Assembly: GCF_046119375.1 (NCBI RefSeq)
Contig: NW_027362761.1
Coordinates: 883,252,001-883,316,000, forward strand
DNA length: 64,000 bases
DNA from: Phyllobates terribilis
Taxonomy: Eukaryota
Reading direction: 5' to 3'
A program made the translations under genes and the position numbers. The notes beneath the pieces were generated by a model. That model was not told the DNA's origin, searched no databases, and saw only the letters and a list, made by a program, of their open reading frames with translations. Numbering within the stretch: position 1 is the stretch's first letter; each line of letters opens with the position of its first letter. This document shows, in pieces, positions 26,893 through 41,096 of the stretch.

Positions 26893-28810
26893 TATTTTTT
26901 TGTTTATACATGTTTCCCCTTTTCCCAAAAATTACTGAACAAGAAATTGTAGGTACATGTCCAAAAAGCCATCAGACCATAGCATTGGTGTGGCTTGTAT
27001 CGATATCAAATTTGACAACTAAAACAGGTGTGCAAAAAACTGTAGTTTGAGACCTACACAACTTGAGAGGTAGACAGTCACAATTAAATGTCTGTTATTT
27101 GTCATGCTTTAAACACAATTATTCTCCACTTTCCAAAAGGGATTGAACAAGAAATGCAAAAAACTCATGACAATTGCATGTGACATGCACGCATTCTCTG
27201 ACAGCCACTGAGTTTAGCTTATGTCTTTGCTTTAGATATATTTTGTTGCCATGTTGCTTCCTTCTTCACGAACAATGAAAAACAATGTGTAAATGAAATG
27301 TAGCAGCTGCAAGCTACACTAAATCACTGTGATCAATCGCTGGCATTGTTGCTGATGGCTCTATACACTCTATCACCCTATCAGTTGAATTTCTGTATTA
27401 TTCACAAACTACTACACTTATCTTCATTGCTGCAGTTGTACAACACACACGGTCTGTAGTATTTTCCAATGTTTTATGGCTTTCTGTCCTTATCTCTATT
27501 GCTAAGTTATCATCTGTAATGTCCTCTCACGATTCAGATTCATCCCAAAATGGTTACTGCTTTCTCATCCATGGCTCTTATACAGGCTTTGATGCATGTG
27601 ACTTTCCTGTGGTTATGTGTGCCCTTTCTGTCTGATCTATTCTTCTATTGCGTTCAAAATGGTGGCTGGCATTTTTGACGATCCAAATCGATTAGCTCAC
27701 CTCTACATTTTTTTTTATCTAATATTACTGTTGAAAATGTTGGAATTATTCAGAAAATTTTACAATTTCCATGAAAGCTCTTCTTCTTATTTAACCAAAA
27801 AGTTAGGTTTAATGCAAAATATAATCAAGGCAATGACGACGCTCAAAATAATGATTTCTACTTAAAAAGCTGTTCTTAAAACTTTGTTTTTAACAATTTA
27901 CCCTTTGTAGAAATTATATCCTTATGGACCTTTCTCATTCTAGCTGTCATCTTGGGACAACTTGATTTTTTCCACACTACAACTGAACAGAGTTGAGATC
28001 TTGTGATTGTTCCAGCCTATCTATTTTGGGCTGAACTCAAGCTGACTGCTTCTTTCCTTTAGTTTTACATTAATGAGAGAAATGTTTTATGTCAATGTAT
28101 TTCAGTTGCTGTCCAAAGGGATGGTATGACCTTCCAAATAGATTCCTTTCCTTGTTGAAGATTTCCTTTAGGGCTCCATGCAAATCAGTGCGTGCAGGGA
28201 CAACTAATTTATGGCCTGGCCGTGGGTCTTCCAACCAGAGCATTGCAGCTTGTATGTAATGTCTGCATGAGCCATTACCTTGTGAAAATGTTCCAATTTA
28301 CCATAACCAAAGCAACTCCACAGCAACCACAAAGTATCACATTTCTTTCACCACCATCCATCATATTTTTCTCCAATTATCTTCTTTCCAAAGTTTGTGC
28401 TTTTTACCAGATTTTTTCTAGTTCATCCTAAATATGGCTTTTTCTATGGACTATGTCTAAATGCAAACATGGGCCCAGAGTTGCCTCTTTGCTTTAAAAG
28501 TGAGTTTCCCTTCCTGCATAATACTAAATCAGGGCTTGCAGCTTTTCTTGCTATCCTAGTTAAGGTTCATTCAGACATCAGTATTTTTTCTCGTATGAAA
28601 AATGGTACAAGTTTGATTTGTGTTTTTGATCAGTTTCATCAGAATTGGGTCAGTGTGTGAGTTTTTACAAACTTCATTTGGTCAAAGTTTCATCAGTTTT
28701 TCTCAGATGGAAAAAAAATAAAAAAAGAGTTTTTTCAAGCTTCTCCTATCAGACAGTCCATGAAAATTGGATGGCATCTGTCCGATTTTTTTCACGGATT
28801 CATAGACTTA

Positions 28811-30440
28811 CAGTACAGACCAAAAGTTTGGACACACCTTCTCATTTAAAGATTTTTCTGTATTTTCATGACTATGAAAATTGTACATTCACACTGAAGG
28901 CATCAAAGCTATGAATTAACACATGTGGAATTATATACTTAACAAAAAAGTGTGAAACAACTGAAAATATGTCTTATATTCTAGGTTCTTCAAAGTAGCC
29001 ACCTTTTGCTTTGATTACTGCTTTGCACACTCTTGTCATTCTCTTGATGAGCTTCAAGAGGTAGTCACCGGAAATGGTTTTCACTTCACAGGTGTGCCCT
29101 GTCAGGTTTAATAAGTGGGATTTCTTGCCTTACAAATAGGGTTGGGACCATCAGTTGTGTTGTGCAGAAGTCAGGTGGATACACAGCTGATAGTCCTACT
29201 GAATAGACTGTTAGAATTTGTATTATGGAAAGAAAACAGCTGCTAAGTAAAGAAAAATGAGTGGCCATCATTAATTTAAGAAATGAAGGTCAGTCAGTCC
29301 GAAAAATTAGGAAAACTTTGAAAGTGTCCCCAAGTGCAGTTGCAAAAATCATCAAGCGCTACAAAGAAACTAGCTCATATGAGGACCGCCCCAGGAAAGG
29401 AAGACGAAGAGTCACCTCTGCTTCTGAGGATAAGTTTATCTGAGTCACCAGCCTCAGAAATCGCAGGTTAACAGCAGCTCAGATTAGAGACCAGGTCAAT
29501 GCCACACAGAGTTCTAGCAGCAGACACATCTTTTCAACAACTGTTAAGAGGAGACTTTGTGCAGCAGGCCTTCATGGTAAAATAGCTGCTAGGAAACCAC
29601 TGCTATGGACAGGCAACAAGCAGAAGAGACTTGCTTGGGCTAAAGAACACAAGGAATGGACATTAGACCAGTGGAAATCTGTGCTTTGGTCTGGTGAGTC
29701 CATATTTGAGATCTTTGGTTCCAACCACCATGTCTTTGTGCGACGCAGAAAAGGTGAACAGATAGACTCTACATGCCTGGTTCCCACCGTGAAGCATGGA
29801 GGAGGAGGTGTGATGGTGTGGGGGTGCTTTGCTGGTGACACTGTTGGTGATTTATTCAAAATTGAAGGCATACTGAACCAGCATGGCTACCACAGCATCT
29901 TGCAGCGGCATGCTATTCCATCCGGTTTGCGTTTGGTTGGACCATCTTTTTTTTTCCAACAGGACATTGACCTCAAGCACATCTCCAGGCTGTGTAAGGG
30001 CTATTTGACCCAGAAGGAGAGTGATGGGGTGCTACGCCAGATGACCTGGCCTCCACAGTCACCAGACTTGAACCCAATCGAGATGGTTTGGGGTGAGCTG
30101 GACCGCAGAGTGAAGGCAAAAGGGCCAACAAGTGCTAATCATCTCTGGGAACTCCTTCAAGATTGTTGGAAGACCATTTCCGGTGACTACCTCTTGAAGC
30201 TCATTAAGAGAATGCCCAGAGTGTGCAAAGCAGTCATCAAAGCAAAAGGTGGCTACTTTGAAGAACCTAGAACATAAGACATATTTTCTGTTGTTTCACA
30301 CTTTTTTGTTTAGTATATAATTCCATATGTGTTAATTCATAGTTTTGATGCCTTCAGTGTGAATGTACAATTTTCATAGTCAAGGAAATACAGAAAAATC
30401 TTTAAATGAGAAGGTGTGTCCAAACTTTTGGTCTGTACTG
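28811..30440 (+). mobile_element. Tc1-like transposon, copy 3 of the CAGTACAGACC family
   Basis: Full TIRs, TA TSD; transposase with stops; ORF 29681-30277 contains SPDLNPIE. Confidence 0.95.
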
Positions 30441-30472
30441 TACATTGGCAAACTTGATCTGACATTCAGATA

Positions 30473-30890
30473 CAGTGGGGAAAATAAGTATTTGATACAC
30501 TGCCGATTTTGCAAGTTTTCCCACCTACAAACAATGGAAAGCCTGTAATTTTTATCGTAGGTACACTTCAACTGTGAGAGACAGAATATAAAAAGAAAGA
30601 ACAGAAAATCATATTGAATGATTTTTAAATAATTAAATTGCATTTTATTGCATCAAATAAGTATTTGATCACCTACCAACCAGCAAGAATTCTGTCCCTC
30701 ACGGACCTGTTAGTTTTTCTTTAGGAAGCCCTCCTGCTCTGCACTCATTACCTGTATTAATTGCACCTGTTTTAACTCGTTATCTGTATAAAATACATCT
30801 GTCCACACACTCAATCATACTCCAACCTCTCCATCATGGCCAAGACCAAAGAGCTGTCTAAGGACACCAGGGACAAAATTGTAGATAGCA
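30473..30890 (+). mobile_element. 5' fragment of another Tc1 family
   Basis: TA|cagtggggaaaataagtatttgatacac TIR; atggccaagaccaaagagctgtctaaggac (MAKTKELSKD) then truncated. Confidence 0.8.
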
Positions 30891-32544
30891 TTCGCACAAG
30901 AAAAACTGACGTCTGAATAAGCTTTTACAGCCAAGAAAACTTTTGGCTTCTTACAATAAATAAGTGTTCATTTCTGATGTAATACAGAATAAACATTAAA
31001 TATTCTTTGGATTTAACTTACCATCCATAAAGCTGACACAAGTTATTAGAAGTCAGCTAGGAATAGCTGAGGTAATGATTAAAGTCCTGCTTATAATTCA
31101 GCACAAGGCAGCAAAGTCTTGCACTTATTTCACTTCTCATGGTTTTTGTGAAAGTTAAGTTTTATAGAGGTGTAGAGTAATCAATGGTCAACAGCAGTAA
31201 AATAAATTGACTTAATGGAATAAAGTTGAGACTTCTGAAAGTTGCTGAAAATGACCTATTCATGGTTATGATAAATATGATGGATTTGTAAAGAAATCTA
31301 TATGGGAGCTCGGACACAATGGCCACTACCCGGCTGTACTCTTTTTAAATAATATCTCCCAGTTAGTTTGCAGAAGCACATCAGGAGCAAGAGGGAGACA
31401 CTCTTATATTTAGTTTGGTTTATGATCTTCCAGTCACAAGAGAGGAAAGAGAGAAAATGCTGTTCTGCCACAGAGGAAAAAGCTGTTCCATTTTATTGTT
31501 CTTATAATAATGTAGCATATTGGCTCACTCCGGAGAACGGCTGTGTTTGAGTCTGTGTCTTCTCTAGTGCTTAATCTCCAATTGGTCTTAAATACACAGA
31601 CAGTTGCAACATAAATGTATTCTATTCCTTTTTTTTAAGTGCCCCTTGATGCATAAATGCAAAATGTAAGACCAAATTGGATATAAAGTACATATAACTA
31701 ACTTTCTCATTTATTTGTTTAATTTAATGTGGTTTTAATTTGTTTTTTTCTTCCCCATAATTTATGGCATATCTGCAGGATGATGAGCATCTTATTTACA
31801 CAAGCCAACAAATTCTAATTTTTATAGTAGAGAGTGTATTATTTATTATAATAGATAACTCAGCTGCTACTGGACCTCTATTTGACAAATGGATGTGGCT
31901 TCTTGTGTACTAATTAATTTATTTATATGAAAAGTGCATCTTCTAATTATTCTGGTAAGGGAAAGTCTTCAATTTGGGACTTATGATTTAACTAGAAATA
32001 GGCCCAATGCTATTGCATCGGGAGTGCGATGAAATGAACATCTGTGTATCCTTAGTGGTGCTAACAGGAGCAGTGGACATGTGTCACACCATTTGCGCTT
32101 TCCAACATACCTGTTCTGTGTCATCCTTCCGCATTTGTGTATTGTATTTGTTGCAGAATTTGACTTCTTTCACACCTGTGCACTGTCTTTTCCTTTGTTG
32201 TGTGCTGTATTTTGGTAGCTGGTGTTGTGTTTCTTGAGTGATGTTCACTATTTGGTGTCTCCCCTGTGTGCTGTGTGTGTGTTTACACTATATGGTCTCT
32301 GGGAAGCTGTTGTGACTATAATTGGATGTGGTACATTGTTTTGTGTAGTTTGATGTGTGTGTGATTGTCCGTTTCCAAGGTGGAGCAAAAAAATAGAAAG
32401 GAAGTGAAAGGATACAATTTATAAAAATGGCAAAGCTTCATACTTTTTCATAATAGTAACAGAAAGACAATCCATAGAAATGTTATCATATTCTATTTTT
32501 ATGTATTAGATAGATGTAACTATGAAACTTGAAAGACATACTGA

Positions 32545-32645
32545 TAGGATGTTTAGATTGTGAGCCCCAATGGGGACAGTGTTGCAAATATATGTAAAGC
32601 ACTATGGAATTAATAGTGCTATATAAATGAATAAATATTATTATA
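32545..32645 (+). mobile_element. L2-like LINE 3' end remnant
   Basis: tagattgtgagcccc...tgtaaagcactatggaat...gtgctatataaatgaataaat(att)n. Confidence 0.55.
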
Positions 32646-32916
32646 TACATTATTATATTATATAAATATATTATTTATGTATATATGGTTAAACTATGTA
32701 AGTATGTATCTATAATGTCTCCTCAATCAATATGTGTCTATATATATATATCATCTATGTTTATCATATTAACAAACTAATATATCTATGTGTTTAGCTA
32801 TGATGTATATATATACTAAAAATATAGAATTATTTAAGGTATATAATATCTATCATATATCTATGTATAATATATGTCTAAAATCTACAATTTTTTAAGG
32901 TATAAATAGAGATATA

Positions 32917-34566
32917 CAGTTATATGAAAAAGTTTGGGCACCTCTATTAATCTTAAGCTTCTTGTTTTAAAAAAAATGGTGTTTTTGCAACAGCTATTTC
33001 AGTTTGATATATGTAATAACTGTTGGACACAGTAATGTTTCTGCCTTGAAATGAGGTTTATTGTACTAACAGAAAATGTGCAATCTGCATTCAAACAAAA
33101 TTTGACAGGTGCATAAGTATGGGCACCTCACCAGAAAAGTGACATTAATATTTAGTAGATCCTCCTTTGGCAAAAATAACAGCCTCTAGTCGCTTCCTGC
33201 AGCTTTTAATGAGTTCCTGGATCCTGGATGAAGGTATTTTTGACCATTCCTCTTTACAAAACAATTCCAGTTCAGTTAAGTTTGATGGTAGCCGAGCATG
33301 GACAGCCCTCTTCAAATGATCCCACAGATGTTCAATGATATTCAGGTCTGGGGACTGGGATGGCCATTCCAGAACATTGTAATTGTTCCTCTGCATGAAT
33401 GCCTGAGTAGATTTGGAGCGGTGTTTTGGATCATTGTCTTGCTGAAAGATCCATCCCCTGCGTAACTTCAACTTTATCACTGATTCTTGAACATTATTGT
33501 CAAGAATCTGCTGATACTGAGTGGAATCCATGCGTCCCTCAACTTTAACAAGATTCCCGGTGCCAGCATTGGCCACACAGCCCCAAAGCATGATGGAACC
33601 TCCACCAAATTTTACTGTGGGTAGCAAGTGTTTTTCTTGGAATGCTGTGTTTTTTTGCCGCCATGCATAACGCCTTTTTGTATGACCAAACAACTCAATC
33701 TTGGTTTCATCAGTCCACAGGACCTTCTTCCAAAAAGAAATTGGCTTCTCCAAATGTGCTTTTGCATACCTCAGCCGACACTGTTTGTGGCGTGCTTGCA
33801 GAAACGGCTTCTTTTGCATCACTCTCCCATACAGCTTCTCCTTGTGCAAAGTGCGTTGTATAGTTGACCGATGCACAGTGACACCATCTGCAGCAAGTTG
33901 ATGCTGCAGCTCTCTGGAGGTGGTCTGAGGATTGTCCTTGACTGATCTCACCATTCTTCTTCTCTGCCTTTCTGATGTTTTTCTTGGCCTGCCACTTCTG
34001 GCCTTAACAAGAACTGTCCCTGTGTTCTTCCATTTCCTTACTATGTTCCTCACAGTGGAAACTGACAGGTTAAATCTCTGAGACAGCTTTTTGTATCCTT
34101 CCCCTGAACAACTATGTTGAATAATCTTTGTTTACAGATCATTTGACAGTTGTTTTGAGGAGCCCATGATGCCACTCTTCAGAGGAGATTCAAATAGGAG
34201 AACAACTTGCAAGTGGCCACTTTAGGTAGCTTTTCTCATGATTGCATACACCTGGCTCTGAAGTTCAAAGCTCAATGAGGTTACAAAACCCAAAAAAGTG
34301 CTTTAGTATGTCAGTAAAAAGTAGGTAGGAGTATTTAAATCAAGAAAATGATAAGGGTGCCCATACTTATGCACCTGTCAAATTTTGTTTGAATGCAGAT
34401 TGCACATTTTCTGTTAGTACAATAAACCTCATTTCAAGGCAGAAACATTACTGTGTCGAACAGTTATTACATATATCAAACTGAAATAGCTGTTGCAAAA
34501 ACACCAATTTTTATAAAACATTAAGCTTAAGATTAATAGGGTTGCACAAACTTTTTCATATAATTG
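32917..34566 (-). mobile_element. Tc1 (DD34E) transposon, near intact; transposase 34167->33145 with a single nonsense at codon 12
   Basis: TIRs cagttatatgaaaaagtttg..., TA TSD; MGSSKQLSNDL*TKII..., then an open frame with WTDETK, QQDNDPKH-34 aa-E (SPDLNIIE). Confidence 0.95.
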
Positions 34567-34914
34567 TATATGAATATATATCAATTTAGCGATGTCTCTA
34601 TCCACATGGATTAGAGCCAGAGGAGGAGATATGGTGAACAGCCGTCCCACCAATCTCTTCAGCTGTTCACAAAAAACCCAGCCCAGTGAAAAGACAAATA
34701 AGTCTCTCAGCATCTTTGACACTGTAGTTACAAATATGGGTTTCCATCACCAACTGTTTAAAAGTTGATGATACATATCTCCCCTGTGATGACCTTAAAT
34801 ACTTCTATATATATGTATTTACAACAAAATTAATGGTGCAAAATATGTTATCTATATTTATCATATAACAATGTGTATGTTCTACTATGTATTTATATAT
34901 GTATATACATACAC

Positions 34915-35349
34915 ATGGGCATACCCAGGATCAAAACTAGGGGGGGGGGGGGCAAAAAAAAAAATCAAATACTCACCTCACGTCTCACCTGCTGCCGCTG
35001 CTCATGACTCCTCAGCGTCGATGGCCTCATCCCGCTCTGCTCTGTGACTGCTCAGGAGAGAGCGCGGTGTAAAGACGTCACCGCGCCCTCTGACCTGAGA
35101 CGTCACAGTGTAGCAGCTGCGGAGGATGCAGGACCTGCTGCGGAGGCATGGGGAGAGGTAAGTATTGTGCCGGGTGCCGGGGCCCTGAGCAAGCAGGAGG
35201 GAGCGGGTGCTGACGGTGAGGGGCCCCCCGCCTGCTCAGGGCCCTGACATTTGCCCGGGTGCGCCTGGTGCTGACGCCGGCCCTGGCTGTGCGGCGTGCG
35301 TCCCTGCTTCTAGCGGGGGGGCCCCCTGCCCCACGGTGGGTACGCCCAT
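34915..35349. mobile_element. GC-rich MITE
   Basis: 13-bp TIR ATGGGC(A/G)TACCCA ... TGGGTACGCCCAT in AT-rich surroundings. Confidence 0.55.
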
Positions 35350-36549
35350 TAACATACATAGAAATATATCTAATATATATCTATACATATGTATGTATCT
35401 AAGGCATATTAATATGTGTTCAAAAACTAAATCACTATTGATGTGATATAATACTATGTACATGTTATTGAGATTACTAAAGACTAGTGTCCTCTCTGCT
35501 CTGCCTTGTTCACCGCTCCGGAGGTTTCGCTCTGCTCTGCCTTGCTCACCGCTCCAGCAGTTCCTTCCTGATCTGCCTTGCTCACCACACCGGGGGTTCC
35601 TCTCTGCTCTGCCTTGCTCACCGCTCCGGCGGTTCCTCTCTGCTCTGCCTTGCTCACCGCTCCGGCGGTTTCGCTCTGCCAAAACACATGCAGGTGGTCC
35701 CTTAAATCTCACTGAAATGTAATAATGTGGTTACAGAGAAGGGAATACATTATTTTACTTTATTCAACATGTTCTTGTGGAGATCAAATAGTGTTATGGC
35801 ACCTAGAAACTAGAGGATACTGCTGGATGTTAGAACAGGGTTTCTCTGCATGAGGCTTTCTTTATTGTACTATTACTTATTTGAAAAAAAAAGTCTAAAC
35901 GTTTTAAATAGTGTTGAGCGAGCATGCTCGACACTGCTCGGTACTCGCCCGAGCATCACGCTACTTGGGATGTTCGGCGAGCACCGAGCATTTCCGGGTT
36001 ACTCGGGCGGGAGCTCGGGTCTCCGCCCTGCATGTTTGGCGCTCTTTAGAGAGCCAATGAACATGCAGGGATTGCCAGCCAGTCACTGTAATGCCGCAGC
36101 CATGTTGTTTGTGGGCATTATAGTGATTGGCTGGCCGCACAGCGTCACCTCGAGTATTTAAAACTGGGCGCCGCCATCTTGGACACAGTCTCTCCGGATC
36201 AGATAGTGTAGGGACAGCGCTGCTGATTTAGGGAGGGATATATCCTGCGAAATAGTTATTGTAGGGTCTGTAAAGGCTGCCAGATCAAACAAACAGTCCT
36301 TCTCAGGACTAATATCCATCCCAGATATCAGGCAGGCAGGCTGTATAGGAGACGCAGTGGTTATACCAGCAAATGCTGCATTACAGTCCAGTGTGCTCCT
36401 GTTGCTGAAATTGCTGGACTTAGCTCCAGGTCTCGGGGGCCAGGAAAAATCCTTTTTTTTTTCATCTAAATCCTCTTTTTTTTTCCTCCTTCACACTGTA
36501 CAAATACCCATCTTATTAACCTTTTGGTGTCCCCCCCCCAAAAAAAAAG

Positions 36550-38330
36550 TAGTCTGATGTAGGCCAGAGAAATAGAAGTGTTGTTTTGCAGTTCCATGGG
36601 CCATTTGTATCTAAAAAAAAACAGTTTGAGTGTGTCCCTCACTGTTCAGCTGCAAATATATATATTTAAATAAATCTGGTATACACCAGTAAATTATAAC
36701 TGTGGTTCTGCTGTTCCACGGTAAAAAAACTCTATTATCCTGTTTTTGCCATTTTTTGCCGTAAAAAAAAAAATAATAGTGTCTCCTTGATTTTTCAGAC
36801 ACAAATAAATCTGTTGAAAATAGTCTGGTGTAGGCCAGAGAGACAGAAGTGTGCTTTTGCTGTTCCACGGTAAAAAATCTCTATTATCCTGGTCTTGGCA
36901 TTTTTTGCCGTAAAAAAAAAAATAATAGTGTCTCCCTGATTTTTCAGACACAAATATATCTGTTGAAAATAGTCTGGTGTAGGCCAGAGAGACAGAAGTG
37001 TGCTTTTGCTGTTCCACGGTAAAAAATCTCTATTATCCTGCTCTTGGCATTTTTTGCCGTAAAAAAAAAAATAATAGTGTCTCCCTGATTTTTCAGACAC
37101 AAATATATCTGTTGAAAATAGTCTGGTGTAGGCCAGAGAGACAGAAGTGTGCTTTTGCAGTTCAATGGTAAAACATCTCTATTATCCAGCTTTTGGCATT
37201 TTTTGCCGTAAAAAAGATAATAATAGTGTCTCCCTGATTTTCCAGGCACAAATATATCTGTTGAAAATAGTCTGGTGTAGGCCCGAGAAATACAAGTGTG
37301 GTTTTGCAGTTCCACCGTTCAAACCTCTGTATTATCCACTTTTGGGCCATTTGTATCTAAAAAAACCCAGTTTGAGTGTGTCACTCACTGTTCAGTCGCA
37401 AATATATATATATTTAAAAGTCTGGTATACACCAGTAAATTATAACTGTGGTTTTGCTGTTCCACGGTAAAAAATCTCTATTATCCTGCTTTTGGCATTT
37501 TTTGCCGTAAAAAATAAATAGTGTCTCCTGATTGTTCAGACACAAATATATCTGTTGAAAATAGTCTGGTGTAGGCCCAAGAAATACAAGTGTGGTTTTG
37601 CAGTCCCACGGGTCAAATCTCTGTATTATCCTGCTTTTCGCAATTTTTGCCATAAAAAATAAATAATAGTGTCTCCTGATGATTGTTCAGACACAAATAT
37701 ATCTGTTGAAAATAGTCTGGTGTAGGCCCAACAAATACAAGTGTGGTTTTGCAATTCCACGGTTCAAACCTCTGTATTATCCACTTTTGGGCCATTTGTA
37801 TCTAAAAAAAACAGTTTGAGTGTGTCGCTCACTGTTCAGCCGCAAATATATATATATTTAAAAAAGTCTGGTATACACGAGTAAATTATAACTGTGGTTT
37901 TGCTGTTCCACGGTAAAAAAATCTCTATTATCCTGTTTTTGGCATTTTTTGCAGTAAAAAATAAATAGTGTCTCCTGATTGTTCAGACACAAATATATCT
38001 GTTGAAAATAGTCTGGTGTAGGCCCGAGAAATACAAGTGTGGTTTTGCAGTTCCACGGTTCAAACCTCTGTATTATCCACTTTTGGGCCATTTGTATCTA
38101 AAAAAAACAGTTTGAGTGTGTCGCTCACTGTTCAGCCGCAAATATATATATTTAAAAAAGTCTGGTATACATACACCAGTAAATTATAACTGTGGTTTTG
38201 CTGTTCCACGGTAAGAAATTCTATTATTCAGCTTTTGGTATTTTTTCCGTAAAGAAAAACAGTAATATTTTCTCCCTGATTGTTCAGATTGTTTAAAAGA
38301 GTCGGGTGTTGGCCAGAGAAATAGAACTGT
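36550..38330. repeat. ~147-149-bp tandem array (two unit subtypes, ~12 units) in the hAT X 5' region
   Basis: tagtctggtg at 36821, 36970, 37119, 37268 (149-bp spacing); subtype B carries tttgtatctaaaaaaaacagtttgagtgtgtc. Confidence 0.9.
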
Positions 38331-40524
38331 GGTTTTCCTCTTCCACGGTTCTAATCTACTTTCTATTACCCTTTTTCCATTGATAGTGCGAGTGTAAGCT
38401 ATTTTACTTACTTTACAATGGCCAAGGCGCATGGCAAGGGACGTGGAAGTGGACGTTCTGGTGATGGTGCGTGCAGAGGACGGGGCAGTGGCCAAGGTGA
38501 AAATGTGCCACAATCAACAGCCACATCTTCTTGCTCCCACTTCTTGACCGAATTACTAGGGAAGCACTGAACAACACCAGTATTGCGAACTGATCAGTGT
38601 GAACAGGTTATTAATTGGATAGCAGATAATACTTCCAGTTACCTGGGCACCACCACCTCTGGCCTGTCTTCCACACGGTCGACTCTTAGTAGCCGTAAGT
38701 CTCGACTGCGTACTCCTCCTCACCCTGATGCTCCTTCCTCCCACCATGCCGAGTTTCGTCAGACAGCAACTGATCCCACAGTTGGACACTCTGAAGAGCT
38801 GTTCACTGGTCCATTTCCAGATTTGTGCCCCTCGCCTGCTCCGCTTGAAGTGGTGGAAGAGGAGATCCCATGTAGCGATGCCCAAATATTTGAACAGCCA
38901 CAGCCACAGGAAGTCAACGCTGGCAATTTGTCACAAGAGGTGGATGATGATGAGACACAATTGCCAGGAAGTGAGGAGGAGGATCGTTGTGCGCAAGTGG
39001 AAGAGGAGGAGGTGGTGGATGATCTAGTAACTGACCCAACGTGGCAGGAGGACATGCAGAGTGAGGCCAGCAGCACACAGGGGGAAGGAGGCAGAGTACC
39101 CCAACAGGCAGGAAGAAGCAGTGTGGTGGCCGCACACAGAAGGCGGGCAACCGTTCCCTGTAACACCTACACGACGGACGTTGCCAGTACAACTGGTAGG
39201 TCTTCCAGAGTCTGGAATTTTTTAAAGACTCTGCTGATAACCCCAAAAATGCCTTTTGTACCACCTGCCATGCCAGCATCAGCAGGGGTGACAAACCCAC
39301 CAGCCTGACCACCACCTGCATGATCAGGCACATGGCAGCAAAGCACCCGACTTTGTGGGGCGAACCCCAGGGTCCACGACAAGTGTCAGCGGGTGTCACC
39401 ACTGCTTCTTCCACTGTTGTGTGTGCAATAGAACCCCCTGTTGTGTGTGCAAGGCAATCCCTTGTCCATACTGCATGCAAAGATGCCCCCTCCTGTCAGT
39501 CTTCACTTTTTATGGCAGTTTCTCAAGAAACAGCATCAACGTCCCCGTCCACGTCACACCGCAGCATTCAATTGTCCATATCCCAGAGCTTTGAACGAAA
39601 GCGTAAATTCACAGCTAATGCCCACAGGCCACAGTCCTAAATTCGCACATTTCACGACAGCTTGCGCTGGAAATGATGCCTTTTAGGCTGGTGGAGATGG
39701 AATCCTTCTGCATCCTTATGGCGGTGGCTGTCCCTCGGTACTCGGTCCCCAGCCAACACTATTTTGCCCGGTGTGCCATTCCCGCACTACACAAGCACGT
39801 GTAACAAAACATCTGCCATGCCCTCAACAACGCAGTTACTGGGAGAGTGCTCCTGACAACGGACACGTGGACAAGTGCTTGTGGCCAGGGACGGTACATC
39901 TCCCTGACGGCACACTGGGTAAACATAGTGGAAGCCAGGACCCAGTCGGACCTTGGGATGGAACACATCCTCCCCACACCGAGGATTGTGGGCCCTATGT
40001 CAGTCAGAGTTGCCCCCACAGTGTACAGCTCCTGCGCATCCTCCTCCTCCTCCTCCTCATGTTCAGCCTCCATCTCAGATATCACCACATCAGTTACAAG
40101 CTGGAAGCACTGCAGTACTGCCTCCGCCAAGCGGCAACAGGCTGTGCTGAAACTCCTAAGCTTAGGTGAGAAACCTCACACTGTGTAACAATCCTGGCGG
40201 CATGCTTGCATAGTGCACCATCTCCCACTATGCAAGATCACAATCTTAACCTTCAGTCCAGTCTGCTAGTCTTGCTCCTGTTCATACTGTGTGCTTGCCT
40301 CTGGTCTGACTGGTTAGGGCGGCGGCCCGGTTACTTCCTGTTTCTTATAGCTGCTGTGGGCACACTCCTAATGCGTCCCCAGCCTATTGCTGTGAGTCAC
40401 TGGATATTTAAACCCACTCCACCCTGTAGGAGAGGCCTGAGCAACTCTTACCTTCAGAGGGCTCCTTGCCTCTGATGTGCCAGGTCCTGTTCTGTTTCTT
40501 GCTTGTCCGCCAACCTGGGGGGCT

Positions 40525-40920
40525 GTATTCCCAGGCCTGTCTGAACTATCTCTTAGCCTGTTTGTCTACCTCTCTGGGGGCCATATACCCAGACTTGCTC
40601 CTGTATCTTGTTGCAGTGTCAGTTCCTGTCTGAGCACTCTCCTAGCCTGTTTGTCCGCCTCTCTGGGGGCCGTATACCCATACTCGCTCCTGTATCTTGT
40701 TGCAGTATCAGTTCCTGTCTGAACACTCTCCTAGCCTGTTTGTCCACCTCTCTGGGGGCTGTATACCCAGATTCGCTCCTGTATCTTGTTGCAGTGTCAG
40801 TTCCTGTCTGAACACTCTCCTAGCCCGTTTGTCCGCCTCTCTGGGGGCCGTATACCCAGACTCGCTCCTGTATCTTGTTGCAGAGTCAGTTCCTGTCTGA
40901 ACACTCTCTTAGCCTGTTTG
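40525..40920. repeat. 89-bp tandem repeat (~4.5 units) inside the solo LTR
   Basis: ctctggggg at 40572, 40661, 40750, 40839. Confidence 0.9.
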
Positions 40921-41096
40921 TCTCTGTGTCCGTACCTTCCCTTTTCCTGCAGTCTCTGAACCTGCACCTAACTCCTACTCGTTGTCTCTGTACTTCTGTT
41001 GTGAGTTTAGAGTCCACTCGCTACTTCATTGCAAGTACCTTGTGTGTATCTGGTTCTACTTGTCCCTTCCAGTCTGTTCAGTGTGAACAGAGCCCT

